Of a stretch of DNA of 64,000 bases, positions 8,998 to 18,909 are shown in pieces. The stretch covers positions 1 to 64,000 of the IMG/VR virus record IMGVR_UViG_3300031718_000003; one strand, written 5' to 3'. The DNA is from a virus. Below the pieces are notes generated by a model. That model was not told the origin of the DNA. It ran no database searches and was given only the letters and a program-made list of their open reading frames with translations. The translations under genes were made by a program, and so were the position numbers. Position 1 is the first letter of the stretch, and the number at the start of each line of letters is the position of its first letter.

Positions 8998-10815
8998 TTA
9001 GCCCGGAATTCTACAGGCCAATTCTGGACGCAGAGTCTTACAGCCTCCGAGCACATCGAGACGCGTGATGCGCCGGTTGGTGCCCATGATGAACCCGCGG
9101 GTCAGGCGCATACTGAGCCCGATCTTGGGATTCGTTACACGTTCGGACCAGTCCAATCCACCCGGTGTCTCAAGCTGTACGACAACCAGCGTGAAAGCAT
9201 CCCTGTGAAATGCGAGGGCCTGTGGAGAGCTGACCGCCGACATCGCCGTGATGGTCGCGGCAACCGTCGAGTTCCAGATCTTGATCGAAGCGGAAGCGGC
9301 CGGCAATGCCGCCACGGTCTGGAACGGGTCCGTGGGGTCGGCGGAAATGGGCGGCGAGATGTTGACGGTCGCGGCGCCGGCGCCGGAACCACTCGTCACA
9401 TCCGCAGTCACCACGAACGTGCGCAGTACGCCCGTATCGCGATAGCTGATGGGATTGACAGAATTCACCCCGAGGATCGAGATGATGTCGCCGCGATTCA
9501 GCACCTGGGTGGACGCGGTCCAGCCGGTGGTGAGAATCGAGGAGCCGCTCTGATTGGCGGCGGTGGTCATGGTTGGAACCGAGAGCGTGAAGGCGCCGGT
9601 GGTAAACCGGGTCACGTTCTGGTCCATCGACCATTTGAAGCCCAGCCCGATACCCATCGTTCCCGAGAGGTACTGCTCGGAGATGGTCTTGGGCGGGTTG
9701 AATAGCGCCGCGCCGAACTCAACCGCCGCCGCTTCCATTTCGGGCGATACGGTCAAAGCGCGGAGTTTCCCGACGGGAGCGCCGGAATTGGAAAGCTGCA
9801 CGCCCGCCGAGGTGTAAACCGTGCGGGTCGTTGGCGTGACACCGGGCTGCGTGCCGATCGCCAGGTTGTAGACGTCGGCGTAGAGGTCGAGTACTTCGCC
9901 GTCGATCTTGTTGGCTATGGTTTGGACCGCAGGTTCGATGTATCTTTCACCGAATCTGTCGATCGTTAAAGTGAGGTCCTGGTCGGAAACGTCGAGATCA
10001 CACCTGAATGTTCAGTTCGGGGCGTTAGGCCGAACCCGTGGCCAAAAAGCCACCGCTGCACGTCACCGTGCACGAGCGGACCATGTCACAACCCCCAGGT
10101 TTCCCCGTGGGTTCTTCCCATTTCGGCTCACTTGAGCCTACGAGCTTTCGCTCTGGTCTCTGCGCCTTCTCCACGCTGCTCTGTGGAGCTTGGTTCACAG
10201 TTGTCTTCCGGATCGTTTCCATGGATTGAAAGAGATTCTGTGAGTTAAGGAAGTTTCTTCAATGGCGATTGCTCGCCAAGGGGGCTAGTTGATCCAACCC
10301 CACAAACGATTGATCGTGATGGGGACTGCGGTCTCGCGGATGTCCTCGGGCTGCGCGGCATCGCCGACGCGGCCACGAAACCTGACGGGAATTCTTCCGT
10401 TTACAGTGTCGTTGACGTTACGATAACTTCGCTAGAGATTATCGGAGCTTGCTCAGTTGAGCAAGGCTTGCTCACCTTTCGATGAGGACCAGACTATATC
10501 ATCGCCCCGAAGGGCGTCCCGCGCTTCCGGCCGCTCGGCCGTACTCCCCGAAGGGATAGTCGTTGAACCTTCTCATCGCTGAGCTTGGCTGCTGATTGCC
10601 CTGGCGTATTGCGCTTTAGGTTTCCAGCAATTCACGGGATTTACAGTCAGGATCACTCCTGACAGGGGCTACACTATTAACCCGATTTTGTTGCCGGGTA
10701 GGGCGAAGTCCTGATCGAACTCGCGGTTCACGTTCTTGAATTGGACCAGGTTGTTTTCCAACCGCATGAGCGAGTTCTGTAGAATCGCCACAGGGTTGAG
10801 TAGTTCGTTTGCCAT
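8998..10815 (-). CDS. P22-type major capsid protein, three exons (10815-10680, 10409-10297, 10002-8998), 417 aa after splicing
   Basis: Spliced read MANELLNP...KIGYTVNGRIPVRF...RLWGCDLDVSDQDLTLTIDRFGERYIEPAVQTIANKID...LAFHRDAFTL...TRLDVLGG...RPELACRI matches the P22 coat family pattern; exons total 1254 nt in frame. Confidence 0.88.
10003..10296 (-). ncRNA. group I intron 2 in coat gene, no ORF
   Basis: 5' exon GGGGU pairs with intron GCCCC (U-G splice pair); R-like GCGCAGAGACCA and S-like GTGACATGGTCC; terminal G; removal restores frame. Confidence 0.82.
10410..10679 (-). ncRNA. group I intron 1 in coat gene, no ORF
   Basis: P AATTGCTGGAAA, Q AATCAGCAGC, R GTTCAACGACTA, S ATGATATAGTCT; P1 GGGU/GCCC; P10 AGUGU with exon ACACU; terminal G. 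Confidence 0.9.
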
Positions 10816-10884
10816 CTTGCCTTTTTTGGTTTGGCGATCACCGCACGCGCGGGACGCCTGGGTTGAACAAACTGCAAAAACGAT

Positions 10885-12144
10885 TTACCGCGTTGCCTCT
10901 TCGGCTTCGTACATGCGCCGGTACACGTCGGGATCCAGCGCCTTCAACTGCTGGGCATTCAGATCCTTCAACGAACGGCGCGCGGTCGTGCCGCGGCTGC
11001 CCACGGGCCTGATGGGCGTGGACTTCGCGGTGTAAACGGGGGCAGGAACCACAACAGGAATCGGGCGCACTGGTCTCGCAGCAGCCACAGGTTCCACATG
11101 GATGGGGTCCTCGGGTACTTCTTCCGCCTGGGCGCCAGCTTCAGCATCAGCCAGCGCTTGTTGCTCCTCGGCGGTTAATCCGGCAAATTCTTGAGCTTCA
11201 GCCTCAGCCGCTTCCGTAGCCAGCTTCAGCGCAATGTTTTCAACTTCCCGATAAGCCAGGCTCAACAGGCGGCGCTGCTCAAACTGGGAGCTGCCAGCTT
11301 TTTGCATGGTCGCGTCATTAATGCGCTTCAGCTCTGCGTCGTGTGTCGCGAGGTAGTACAGCACTTCGCCGCCTGCGTCCGAGTCCCTCACGGCGAGCGT
11401 GAGAGGGCCAGAGAAGGGGCGATTGTTGTTTTCCGGTCGCTTCAGCACTTCGGGAAAATCAGGGTGTTCCGCTACAGCCGCGTCAAACTTGGTCTTCCAG
11501 CGCTCGGTTTCCGCTGCCTGCTCGGCTTCCGCTGCGGTGCGGGCCTCGCGGGCGGCAGTCGATTGACGCTCAGATTCCTCGCGTTCGCGCGTTTGCCGCT
11601 CGGTTTCTTTCTCGATCCTCCGGTTATCGCGGTAGGTCCAGCCTGCTAATGCTTCGATGAATTCTTCGTAGCTTGCGAAGTTCTCGAGGGCGGGCTTGCC
11701 TTCCGCGGCCGGCGGTTTGACTGCTTCCGGTTCGAGCTTCTTAACAGGTTCCGGGGCTTTTTCCACTAGCGGTGCAGCAGCTTGTGTAGTGGTTTTGGCT
11801 GCCAGTTCCCGTTTTAGACGCTCGTTCTCAGATTGGAGATTGACTATTTTCTTTCTGAATCCGCCCAATTTTTTATGAGGGACTACCGGAACTTCTTTTC
11901 CTTCCGGGTCTTGACCATCGGCACTCTCCAATTCCGTACCGTCCGGGGATAAGTTCGCCTGATCGGTCGCGGGGTCTGCGGCTGCTGGCTCTGCAACAGC
12001 TTCGGCAGTTTCAGGGTCCGGCTGATCGTTGACGGTTTCTGTGTGGACGTCGTTGAAACCTTCGTCCAGAATCTTCTGGATCGTTTCGGCGGATTGGGTG
12101 CGTGAGGTGACGATTAACTCGGGTAGTTCTTCGGTGACGCGCAT
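10885..12144 (-). CDS. capsid scaffolding protein
   Basis: Acidic, coiled-coil protein between portal and coat; KPALENFASYEEFIEALAGW and GEVLYYLATH motifs. Confidence 0.75.
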   Translation of the reverse strand: MRVTEELPELIVTSRTQSAETIQKILDEGFNDVHTETVNDQPDPETAEAVAEPAAADPATDQANLSPDGTELESADGQDPEGKEVPVVPHKKLGGFRKKIVNLQSENERLKRELAAKTTTQAAAPLVEKAPEPVKKLEPEAVKPPAAEGKPALENFASYEEFIEALAGWTYRDNRRIEKETERQTREREESERQSTAAREARTAAEAEQAAETERWKTKFDAAVAEHPDFPEVLKRPENNNRPFSGPLTLAVRDSDAGGEVLYYLATHDAELKRINDATMQKAGSSQFEQRRLLSLAYREVENIALKLATEAAEAEAQEFAGLTAEEQQALADAEAGAQAEEVPEDPIHVEPVAAARPVRPIPVVVPAPVYTAKSTPIRPVGSRGTTARRSLKDLNAQQLKALDPDVYRRMYEAEEATR

Positions 12145-12313
12145 GAGTGGTATGGTTCCTTTGATACAGGCCGCAGATCCCTAATTTCTTAAGGCCAGGT
12201 CTGTTGGGTTGGGATTAGGATTCCAGAAAGATAAAAATGCTTGTTGCTTCGGGGTCAGACACAAACTGCTTTCAGCCCCCAACGTTTGCGCCTGATCTGT
12301 CAGAATAAGAAGC

Positions 12314-12736
12314 ATGAGATCAAGTTCGGATGTTCGCAGGAGAATAAAGGTGGCCCGGAACGTTGTGAGACGGTTCGTTCGCCATACGCCGAATGCAAAG
12401 ATCGTCGAGCTGCTCGATGCGGCACGTCAAGGTAAGGTCACGTGCTTTAAGGCTGGGACCTGCCTTGTGGATAGCGTCTATGGGCGCAGGGCGTGGATGG
12501 ACAGAGCTGGCTTCCACTTTGGTCAGACGACTTACCATGCCTGGGTCTTGCTTGGTTTCAGGGGGAATGAGAGATCCTTTTCTATCCTGGCTGGAGGAGA
12601 CGATCGTCTGCGCAATCGGAGGCTGGTGCCTATCATTCTCGCGGAAGTGAAGCGGCGCAACGCTATCCATTGGCATTCCCCGGCAGTTGGGCTGGCCGGC
12701 CCTGCAGGCACGACCGTACTCGTATCTTGGCAATAG
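12314..12736 (+). CDS. hypothetical moron gene, opposite strand to the late operon
   Basis: ORF fills the portal-scaffold gap; preceded by the dispersed element. Confidence 0.45.
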   Translation: MRSSSDVRRRIKVARNVVRRFVRHTPNAKIVELLDAARQGKVTCFKAGTCLVDSVYGRRAWMDRAGFHFGQTTYHAWVLLGFRGNERSFSILAGGDDRLRNRRLVPIILAEVKRRNAIHWHSPAVGLAGPAGTTVLVSWQ

Positions 12737-12754
12737 TCCCACGCACCCATGTGG

Positions 12755-14980
12755 TTATTGTTCCCCTTGTGGCTGGCCCTGCTGTGCCTGCGCCTGTTGC
12801 TGTTGCGTAGCCATATCCTGCTGGTGCTGCTGATCGGTCTGCTGCATCCCCTGCTCGTGCTGTTGCTGTTGGTCGGCCTGCTGGGATTCCGCCTGGATGC
12901 CGACGTTGGCTTGCAAGAGATCGAGGCGATGCTTGATGGAACCAAATTCCAAGGCCGCGAGCTTCTGGGCTTCGGCGCTCTTAGCTGACAGCTCGGCGAC
13001 GACGATATTGGTCGCGTTGTTCTGGCTTGCGATGCGTTCGCGGCTCTCGAGATCCAATTGCTTGGTCTCGATGATCTGGCTTAGCTTGTGAAGCTGCTGG
13101 GTCATCATCTGGATCATGGTCTGTTGCTGCTGCATCTGGGCCTGGACCTGCGGTGGAACGGGGTCTTGGTCGCCGCTTTGTGCGACACCAGGGGGCATCA
13201 GGCGATCGGCGAGCTCCTGGGCTTGCGGGATGTCCAACATGCGAACCAGGATGTCAGCGCCGCGCGCCATCACCTGGGGCATGGCTTGCGCGAGTTGCAT
13301 GAGTTGATCGGCGCCCTGCTGACGGCGAGAGGCGTAGCTCGGCCCGGTGCCGATTGTGACGTCGTAGCGCGCGGGCCGGTGGTTGATGCCGATTTTGAAG
13401 ATCCTCTGGACCGCGCCTTCCTTAAACATCTGGTTGATCTTGATCTGCTTCACCGTTTGGTCCGGGTTCACGATGTTCATGACCCGAGGCTCGGAGTAGA
13501 CGTAGGGGATCAAGTCCAGCTTGATTCGCGCATCGTGCTTCATGGCGCGCGCCAGGTTGTCGTGATAATTGAAATGGGCGTTGTCGCTCTGCCTCTGCCG
13601 GGCATTGATTGCCACCCCGGACTTCTCCGGGGCGGGAGCGCCTAACGATGGATCAAACGTCGAGAGCGCGGCCTTGGTGTCGTCGGAAGCCGCCCTGATC
13701 GCCTGGGTGATCGCCTGGACGGCCGGCTCGGCGTTGATGCGAATCGGGGCCGGGATGGGGTCGTTCTGGTCGCCGATGTGTTTGTATTCGAGGTAGCTGA
13801 AGGCTTTGCGGTTCGCGTCCGCCCATGTCGCCTGATGGCCTTCGAGCTGGCCTTCTGCCACGAGCCATTGCGAGATTGGCGCGAGGCCGATGGCTTCGGC
13901 TTCCTTCGACCGCATGTAGTCGTATTGCAGGTTGGCATCCTGGGCCATGCGCACCATACCGTGCAACTGGCGTTTGCCGTCCTTGATGATTTCGCGCCCC
14001 AGTACCGGTACGAGCGGTATCCACTTACCCGGCCAATCGACCTTCTCGATGATGCCCATGCCGGTTAATTTCGCCATTTTGACCGTACGCTTCTCCACTT
14101 GCCGCTCACCCAACTGGCGCATACCATCGGGGACTTTGTTCTTCGCAACTACCTTCCGGTTATCGAGAAGGACGACGGTTTCCAGGTCGGTTTCGACATA
14201 CCAGTACTCCGCCACTCGCACGGCGCCGTTCGGGAACCACTCGGTCCGGACTTTGTCGCCGGTTGCCGAGAAATCGGCGAGTCCCGCTGCATGGGCGTCG
14301 GGGTACAGGTCTTCGAATACGTCCTTGTCGATGTCCTCGGTGACAAAGCAATAGCGCATGTCCGAGTAATCGAACTGGTCTGCGGCCGGGTCCGGATAGA
14401 CACAGAACGGGTTTGCGATGCGGCCGACGACGATCTTCTGCTCAAACGAGTCGTCTGCTTCGTACTCGAATAGAATCCTCCACCACGCCCGCCCGATCTG
14501 CACCGCAGGCTCGTAGGCGCTCATGTAGGCGATTTCGGCCGAGGAGTCCTGATCGATGTTGCGTAGGATGCCTTCCAGAATTTCCGCGGTATCTTTATCG
14601 GCGCCGGCGCCTACCGGGGAGATCCGCGCCTCGGGCGGCGATTGCCGCATGTCGTTGATGACTTGATCGATACTCGGGCCGATCTTGTCGAACACGAGAC
14701 AGGGACGCCCCTGACGCTCGGCCTTCATGACCGGGTCCCAGTGGTCGCCCGCGAGGAAGTTCAGTTCGCTTTGGGCTTTGATGCGCCATTCCGATTCGTA
14801 GGATTGGACGGTGCGGAATCGCTCGAGCGCCTGGTCGTGCAGGTCCTGATCGGCTTCGGAGACCGGTGCATCGCCCGATTTCACGCGGCTCGCAATTCCC
14901 ACGGCCATCGGTTGGCGCACGCTTGCACTGGTGGCTACGGTGGCTAGGGATTGTTGGGTATTAGGAGGAGAAGGAGACAA
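12755..14980 (-). CDS. P22-like portal protein
   Basis: GDHW...RPCLVFDKI, VRVAEYW, WPGKWIPLVPVLG, SGVAINARQRQSD, YDVTIGTGPSYASRRQ; Q-rich tail. Confidence 0.92.
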   Translation of the reverse strand: MSPSPPNTQQSLATVATSASVRQPMAVGIASRVKSGDAPVSEADQDLHDQALERFRTVQSYESEWRIKAQSELNFLAGDHWDPVMKAERQGRPCLVFDKIGPSIDQVINDMRQSPPEARISPVGAGADKDTAEILEGILRNIDQDSSAEIAYMSAYEPAVQIGRAWWRILFEYEADDSFEQKIVVGRIANPFCVYPDPAADQFDYSDMRYCFVTEDIDKDVFEDLYPDAHAAGLADFSATGDKVRTEWFPNGAVRVAEYWYVETDLETVVLLDNRKVVAKNKVPDGMRQLGERQVEKRTVKMAKLTGMGIIEKVDWPGKWIPLVPVLGREIIKDGKRQLHGMVRMAQDANLQYDYMRSKEAEAIGLAPISQWLVAEGQLEGHQATWADANRKAFSYLEYKHIGDQNDPIPAPIRINAEPAVQAITQAIRAASDDTKAALSTFDPSLGAPAPEKSGVAINARQRQSDNAHFNYHDNLARAMKHDARIKLDLIPYVYSEPRVMNIVNPDQTVKQIKINQMFKEGAVQRIFKIGINHRPARYDVTIGTGPSYASRRQQGADQLMQLAQAMPQVMARGADILVRMLDIPQAQELADRLMPPGVAQSGDQDPVPPQVQAQMQQQQTMIQMMTQQLHKLSQIIETKQLDLESRERIASQNNATNIVVAELSAKSAEAQKLAALEFGSIKHRLDLLQANVGIQAESQQADQQQQHEQGMQQTDQQHQQDMATQQQQAQAQQGQPQGEQ

Positions 14981-15106
14981 GGCGAATTACTCAGAAAGGG
15001 GAAAAGCAGTTGATAACCGACACAAAGACAGATGATTTCTTCGGGGTCCGTGGTCGATTGCCCTCCGCGCTCGACGTTTGCGCCTAGAGGGTCTAAACTG
15101 TCAGAT

Positions 15107-15385
15107 ATGCCTTGTTCCGACTACCACGATCACGGGCCGACCCCAGAAGAGGTCCGCCGTCAGGACATCATGTGCCGTCTGGCGTGCGAGTACTGTTCGA
15201 CGCTAAAGACCACGGGTAAGGAAATTCCGCTCTACGCGCGAGAGTGGTGGCAGCAGCACGAACGTGACGATAAGGCTCGAATTGTCACAGAAGCGAAGCG
15301 CGAGCGCGTGCCTCAATTGGTGCGCTCCGGCCTTGCAAAACTGACCCCGAAGGAGTGCGAGGCGCTGGGCCTGCGGAAATTCTGA
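15107..15385 (+). CDS. hypothetical phage protein (moron)
   Basis: MPCSD...WWQQHERDD...GLAKLTPKECEALGL, a common small phage family. Confidence 0.55.
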   Translation: MPCSDYHDHGPTPEEVRRQDIMCRLACEYCSTLKTTGKEIPLYAREWWQQHERDDKARIVTEAKRERVPQLVRSGLAKLTPKECEALGLRKF

Positions 15386-15388
15386 CCT

Positions 15389-15724
15389 TTATGAGTACCC
15401 CGTTGTATCCAGTTCCTGCGCATGCCGCCGCATCCGGCTGAACATTGGGACGCGCGTGCCGGTTTTATTGCCCAGCCACACCGATTTCGCGGTATGGGCC
15501 ACGTGGTTGGACATCGCCTGCAATGCGCCTGGGTTTTTGAACACGAAAGATTTCGTGGCCTTTATTGCGTTCGGCCCCGAGCCGAAGTGGTGCGTGGCCG
15601 TGAATCCGTTCGCCGCGGGGTGAATATGGATCGAGGTCAGCTTGGGCGCGTGGACCGACAGCACCTTTGGAGGGTGCGGAGGCTTGGCGATAGCTAGCGT
15701 GGTTTTGGGTAGAGGCGCGAACAT
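15389..15724 (-). CDS. hypothetical protein
   Basis: IHIHPAANGF.ATHH motif shared with 16498..16806. Confidence 0.5.
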   Translation of the reverse strand: MFAPLPKTTLAIAKPPHPPKVLSVHAPKLTSIHIHPAANGFTATHHFGSGPNAIKATKSFVFKNPGALQAMSNHVAHTAKSVWLGNKTGTRVPMFSRMRRHAQELDTTGYS

Positions 15725-15839
15725 TTAAGTTCTTCCGTTTCCTTTTTTCTTCGGGGTCGGCCCGGAACTGCCATGAGCCTCCAACGTTTGCGCTCGGTCC
15801 TTTGGTTTGATACTAATCAAAAGCGAGGAAAACACAGAA

Positions 15840-16226
15840 ATGGACAACATCCCCTTGGAGGAAGTAATTGCGCGTGTCTGCCACGCCGCTAATCGGGCCT
15901 ACTGCGAGTCCATGGGCCACAATTCACAGCCGCCGTGGGACGAGGCGCCCGAATGGGAGAGAAGTGTGGAAATCCGGGGCGTGCAACTTCATTTAGCAAC
16001 CCTCAAAGCTGGTGAAAAGCCTGGGCCTGGGACGTGGCACGAGAAGTGGATGGAGAAAAAACGTCGCGAAGGATGGTGCTACGGCCCGGTGGAAGATGCG
16101 GTTACGAAGCGTCATCCTCATTTCCTGCCTTATGTCGATCTGCCTATGGAGCTGCGGATGAAAAACCACATCTTTGTCGGTATCGTCGGTGGATTTTTCG
16201 AAGCGCTGGAGAGTTTCAGGAGCTAG
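15840..16226 (+). CDS. RyR-domain phage protein (moron)
   Basis: IARVCHAANRAYC...HEKWMEKKRREGWCYGPVED...HP..LPY.DLP. Confidence 0.75.
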   Translation: MDNIPLEEVIARVCHAANRAYCESMGHNSQPPWDEAPEWERSVEIRGVQLHLATLKAGEKPGPGTWHEKWMEKKRREGWCYGPVEDAVTKRHPHFLPYVDLPMELRMKNHIFVGIVGGFFEALESFRS

Positions 16227-16497
16227 GAAGTGGAAACTCTGGATCGAGCACCCATCCTTTCAGCACACGGCATCCATCGGCCCTGATTCGGCTGACCTCG
16301 AGGCCAAGCGGCAATTCTTCGCCGTAGTCGATCCTTACTAGCGCCAGCTGGTGGGCGTCAATGAATACAACGTTGTGCTCAATGGAATAGAATTCCGGCA
16401 CTTGTCGTCGCTCAGTGGTTTGATAGAGTCCGGCCGGCAGCGTGTCGAGATCGTAGCCAGGTGCGAGCGCCTGGCGCGCAAATTCCCGCCCTCGCAT

Positions 16498-16806
16498 CTA
16501 CGCCGCCTTGGGTTTTTCCTTACCCTGCGCGGGCTGCGTTTTGACGCTCTTGGCCGGCGCGGCAGCATCTTTTTCCTTTGACTTCGGTTTCTTGCCGCCA
16601 CCGAAGGTGTCGTTTACGTGCGCTCCCAGGTCCTCCGAGTCCATGAACACTTTGCGTTCCGGCTCGGGGAAGGGGTCGTCTTTGGAGGTGGGGTGGTGGT
16701 GGGTCATGGCGACGAAACCGTTGTCGGCGGGTTCGATTTCCATGCGCCGTACCCCTTTATGGGCGGCTGCTGGCTTGCGGGCTGAGGCTGTGACTACTTG
16801 TTGCAT
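16498..16806 (-). CDS. hypothetical protein
   Basis: RBS AAGGAG; MEIEPADNGFVAMTHH motif. Confidence 0.55.
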   Translation of the reverse strand: MQQVVTASARKPAAAHKGVRRMEIEPADNGFVAMTHHHPTSKDDPFPEPERKVFMDSEDLGAHVNDTFGGGKKPKSKEKDAAAPAKSVKTQPAQGKEKPKAA

Positions 16807-16925
16807 GAGGTGTGTTTCTCCTTTGAGATTTGGGTGAAGATGATTTCTTCGGGGTCAGACAAGACTCGCTCTCGGCCATCAACGTTTGCGCCTAGAGGGT
16901 TTAAACTGAATTCAAGAGTCCCACT

Positions 16926-17207
16926 ATGAATCGCCGCCACTTCTTCGCGCTGGTTGCCGCTCTGTTCACGGGCCGGAAGGCGCTGGGCGCGACCCCGACT
17001 CCTGAGGCGTCGGTGGTCGAATACTCTTATCACCTTGTGAATGCGATGCCCGCCAACTTTCATCACTGGATAAGCCCGATGAAGCAGATGGGCCCCGAGT
17101 ACTTCTTCTGTGATGGAAGCGACATCTATGTTTGGCCGCCGTTGCGGAGGATCACCGAAGAGACGAGGCCCGCGAACAGCAGGAAGAAGCCAAGCGGCGG
17201 AAGATAG
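16926..17207 (+). CDS. hypothetical protein with Tat-like N-terminus (MNRRHFF)
   Basis: Twin-arginine-like start; promoter-like TAAACT upstream. Confidence 0.45.
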   Translation: MNRRHFFALVAALFTGRKALGATPTPEASVVEYSYHLVNAMPANFHHWISPMKQMGPEYFFCDGSDIYVWPPLRRITEETRPANSRKKPSGGR

Positions 17208-17228
17208 TCGAACTTCGACGCGCTGAAA

Positions 17229-17711
17229 TTACGAGCCACTGACGATCGGCTTCTGCGCGACCGGGTGCTCGCGACCCTTCGCCACCTGGTGGATCGGGAC
17301 TACCTGCCCGTTCTTCACATGGTGGTAGAGCGCATCCGGGTCGTTCAGGGCAGATGACAACAGGTGGTACGGCCTGCCCTCGGGATCGTGAATCACGTGG
17401 CTCCCGTCGGTGGGAAGATGGCAGTGCTCGAGCAGCTCCTGGATCGACGTGTGCTGTTTCACTGTCGCGGTCTGCCGCTTCTTGTGCTCGCCGTATTCCA
17501 GTTCGATGCGCTTCGGCGTGAAGATCTCAGGTTCTTCCTTCTTGGCTGCGCCTTCTTCAGCCAGGGCGTCACCGAGCGTCGCGGCGTCCTGTTTCAGCTT
17601 AGCGCCCGATTCAGAGTCAGGGTCAGACGGTTCATAGTCAGGGTCAGACGGTTCATAGTCAGGGTCAGGCGTTGGATCGTTCGGGTCTGGAACAGCATTT
17701 TTGTTGGGCAT
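17229..17711 (-). CDS. hypothetical protein with PDYEPSD tandem repeats
   Basis: RBS TAAGGAG; 21-bp tandem repeats near 17617-17667. Confidence 0.55.
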   Translation of the reverse strand: MPNKNAVPDPNDPTPDPDYEPSDPDYEPSDPDSESGAKLKQDAATLGDALAEEGAAKKEEPEIFTPKRIELEYGEHKKRQTATVKQHTSIQELLEHCHLPTDGSHVIHDPEGRPYHLLSSALNDPDALYHHVKNGQVVPIHQVAKGREHPVAQKPIVSGS

Positions 17712-17874
17712 TCAGGTTCTCCTTATTGGAGTTAAGTCTACTTCTTTTCTTCGGGGTCCGTGGTCATCGCACTGATCGGGCGTTCGTTTGCGCCTGATCT
17801 CTCGACCAGTCCGAACGCAAACGGCGGATTGGTGAGAGAGACAGCTACCCCGAAGCCATGATCTTTAGCTTTAT

Positions 17875-18411
17875 CTAATCCTCCAGCACAGCCAACACAT
17901 GCTGCGTGGTCTCGGCATCTTCGTGGAGGATCATATACTCCTTGCCTTCGAACATCACTTCTGAGCCTGGCCTCTGGAGGTAGAGGATGCGGTCGCCGAT
18001 CTTCAGCTCCATGGGCCGACGCTCGGTATACAGGTGGCCATCAGCTCCCGTGTGCAGTAGCTCGGTGTTGTTTGATCCGCAGTGTGGGCAGTTGGCTACG
18101 GCGTGACCGAAATCATTGGGGCCGCTGACGCGTCGAATTGTGCTCGTGTAAAAAGGATCTCTATGACCACTCACATCGCTACAGTGTCTACACCACAAGC
18201 CAATGGCGCGGTCTCCCGGACCCACCGCGATCACCAGGCCGGTGCGGTAATAAACTTCCTCCTGGCGCGCCCGCTCCGGAATCCAGATTGATCCGCGCAT
18301 CGCCGGCGCTTCGTCTGGGAGCACGAGCACCTGGTCTTCGAGGGGTTCGAAGGTGGCGGGGTCGAAGAATTGCCCCACGTATGCCTCGGTACGCTTATAT
18401 GTGAATGGCAT
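17875..18411 (-). CDS. groES: GroES-like co-chaperonin with zinc-finger insertion
   Basis: FEPLEDQVLV...GSIWIPE...GLVIAVGPG...ELKIGDRILY...GSEVMFEGKEYMILHE...VLAVL. Confidence 0.8.
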   Translation of the reverse strand: MPFTYKRTEAYVGQFFDPATFEPLEDQVLVLPDEAPAMRGSIWIPERARQEEVYYRTGLVIAVGPGDRAIGLWCRHCSDVSGHRDPFYTSTIRRVSGPNDFGHAVANCPHCGSNNTELLHTGADGHLYTERRPMELKIGDRILYLQRPGSEVMFEGKEYMILHEDAETTQHVLAVLED

Positions 18412-18909
18412 AACTAAAATCTACTTCATGGCTTCGGGGTCGGTGGGCAGAAACAATCCGCAACCCGCCGTTTGCGCCTGGAGCGTCGAGTACCATTGGA
18501 AACCCCGCTCTGCGCTCATTGCTCCGCGGAGATATTGCTCTCGGACTTTTGGTTCGTTCTTCACGCATGCGTCCAGGAAGTCGTGAATGTGTGCAGTAAG
18601 TTCCTCAAGGGCCGGGGGTCTCGTCAGCCCAGGCGCAAACGTTGAGCGCGGGGAGCAGCGCCGGGCGGACCCCGAAGTAATCGGCATTGCGTTCATCTTG
18701 GAGTTAATTCAGCCTCGCGAGAGCTCTCTCAACACTGGTAACCACGGATCGCTGCCAGTTTTGATCGACCATTTGAAAATAAACGCGCAGCGCTTCAGCC
18801 AAGCTCATGGTTCGAACGGCGCCGATCGAGGAATAGCCACTGCCGAATAAACCGCACCAGTAAGCTTCTGGTGGTTTGCCAACAGGCAGAATGCGGAGGC
18901 TGGGTTTCA

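Noticed and set aside
8998-9801. 267-aa ORF as a complete capsid gene
   Set aside because: Only part of exon 3; the true gene starts at 10815 and is spliced
10025-10222. Small ORF inside intron 2 as a homing endonuclease
   Set aside because: 65 aa, no LAGLIDADG/HNH/GIY-YIG motif; overlaps the ribozyme core
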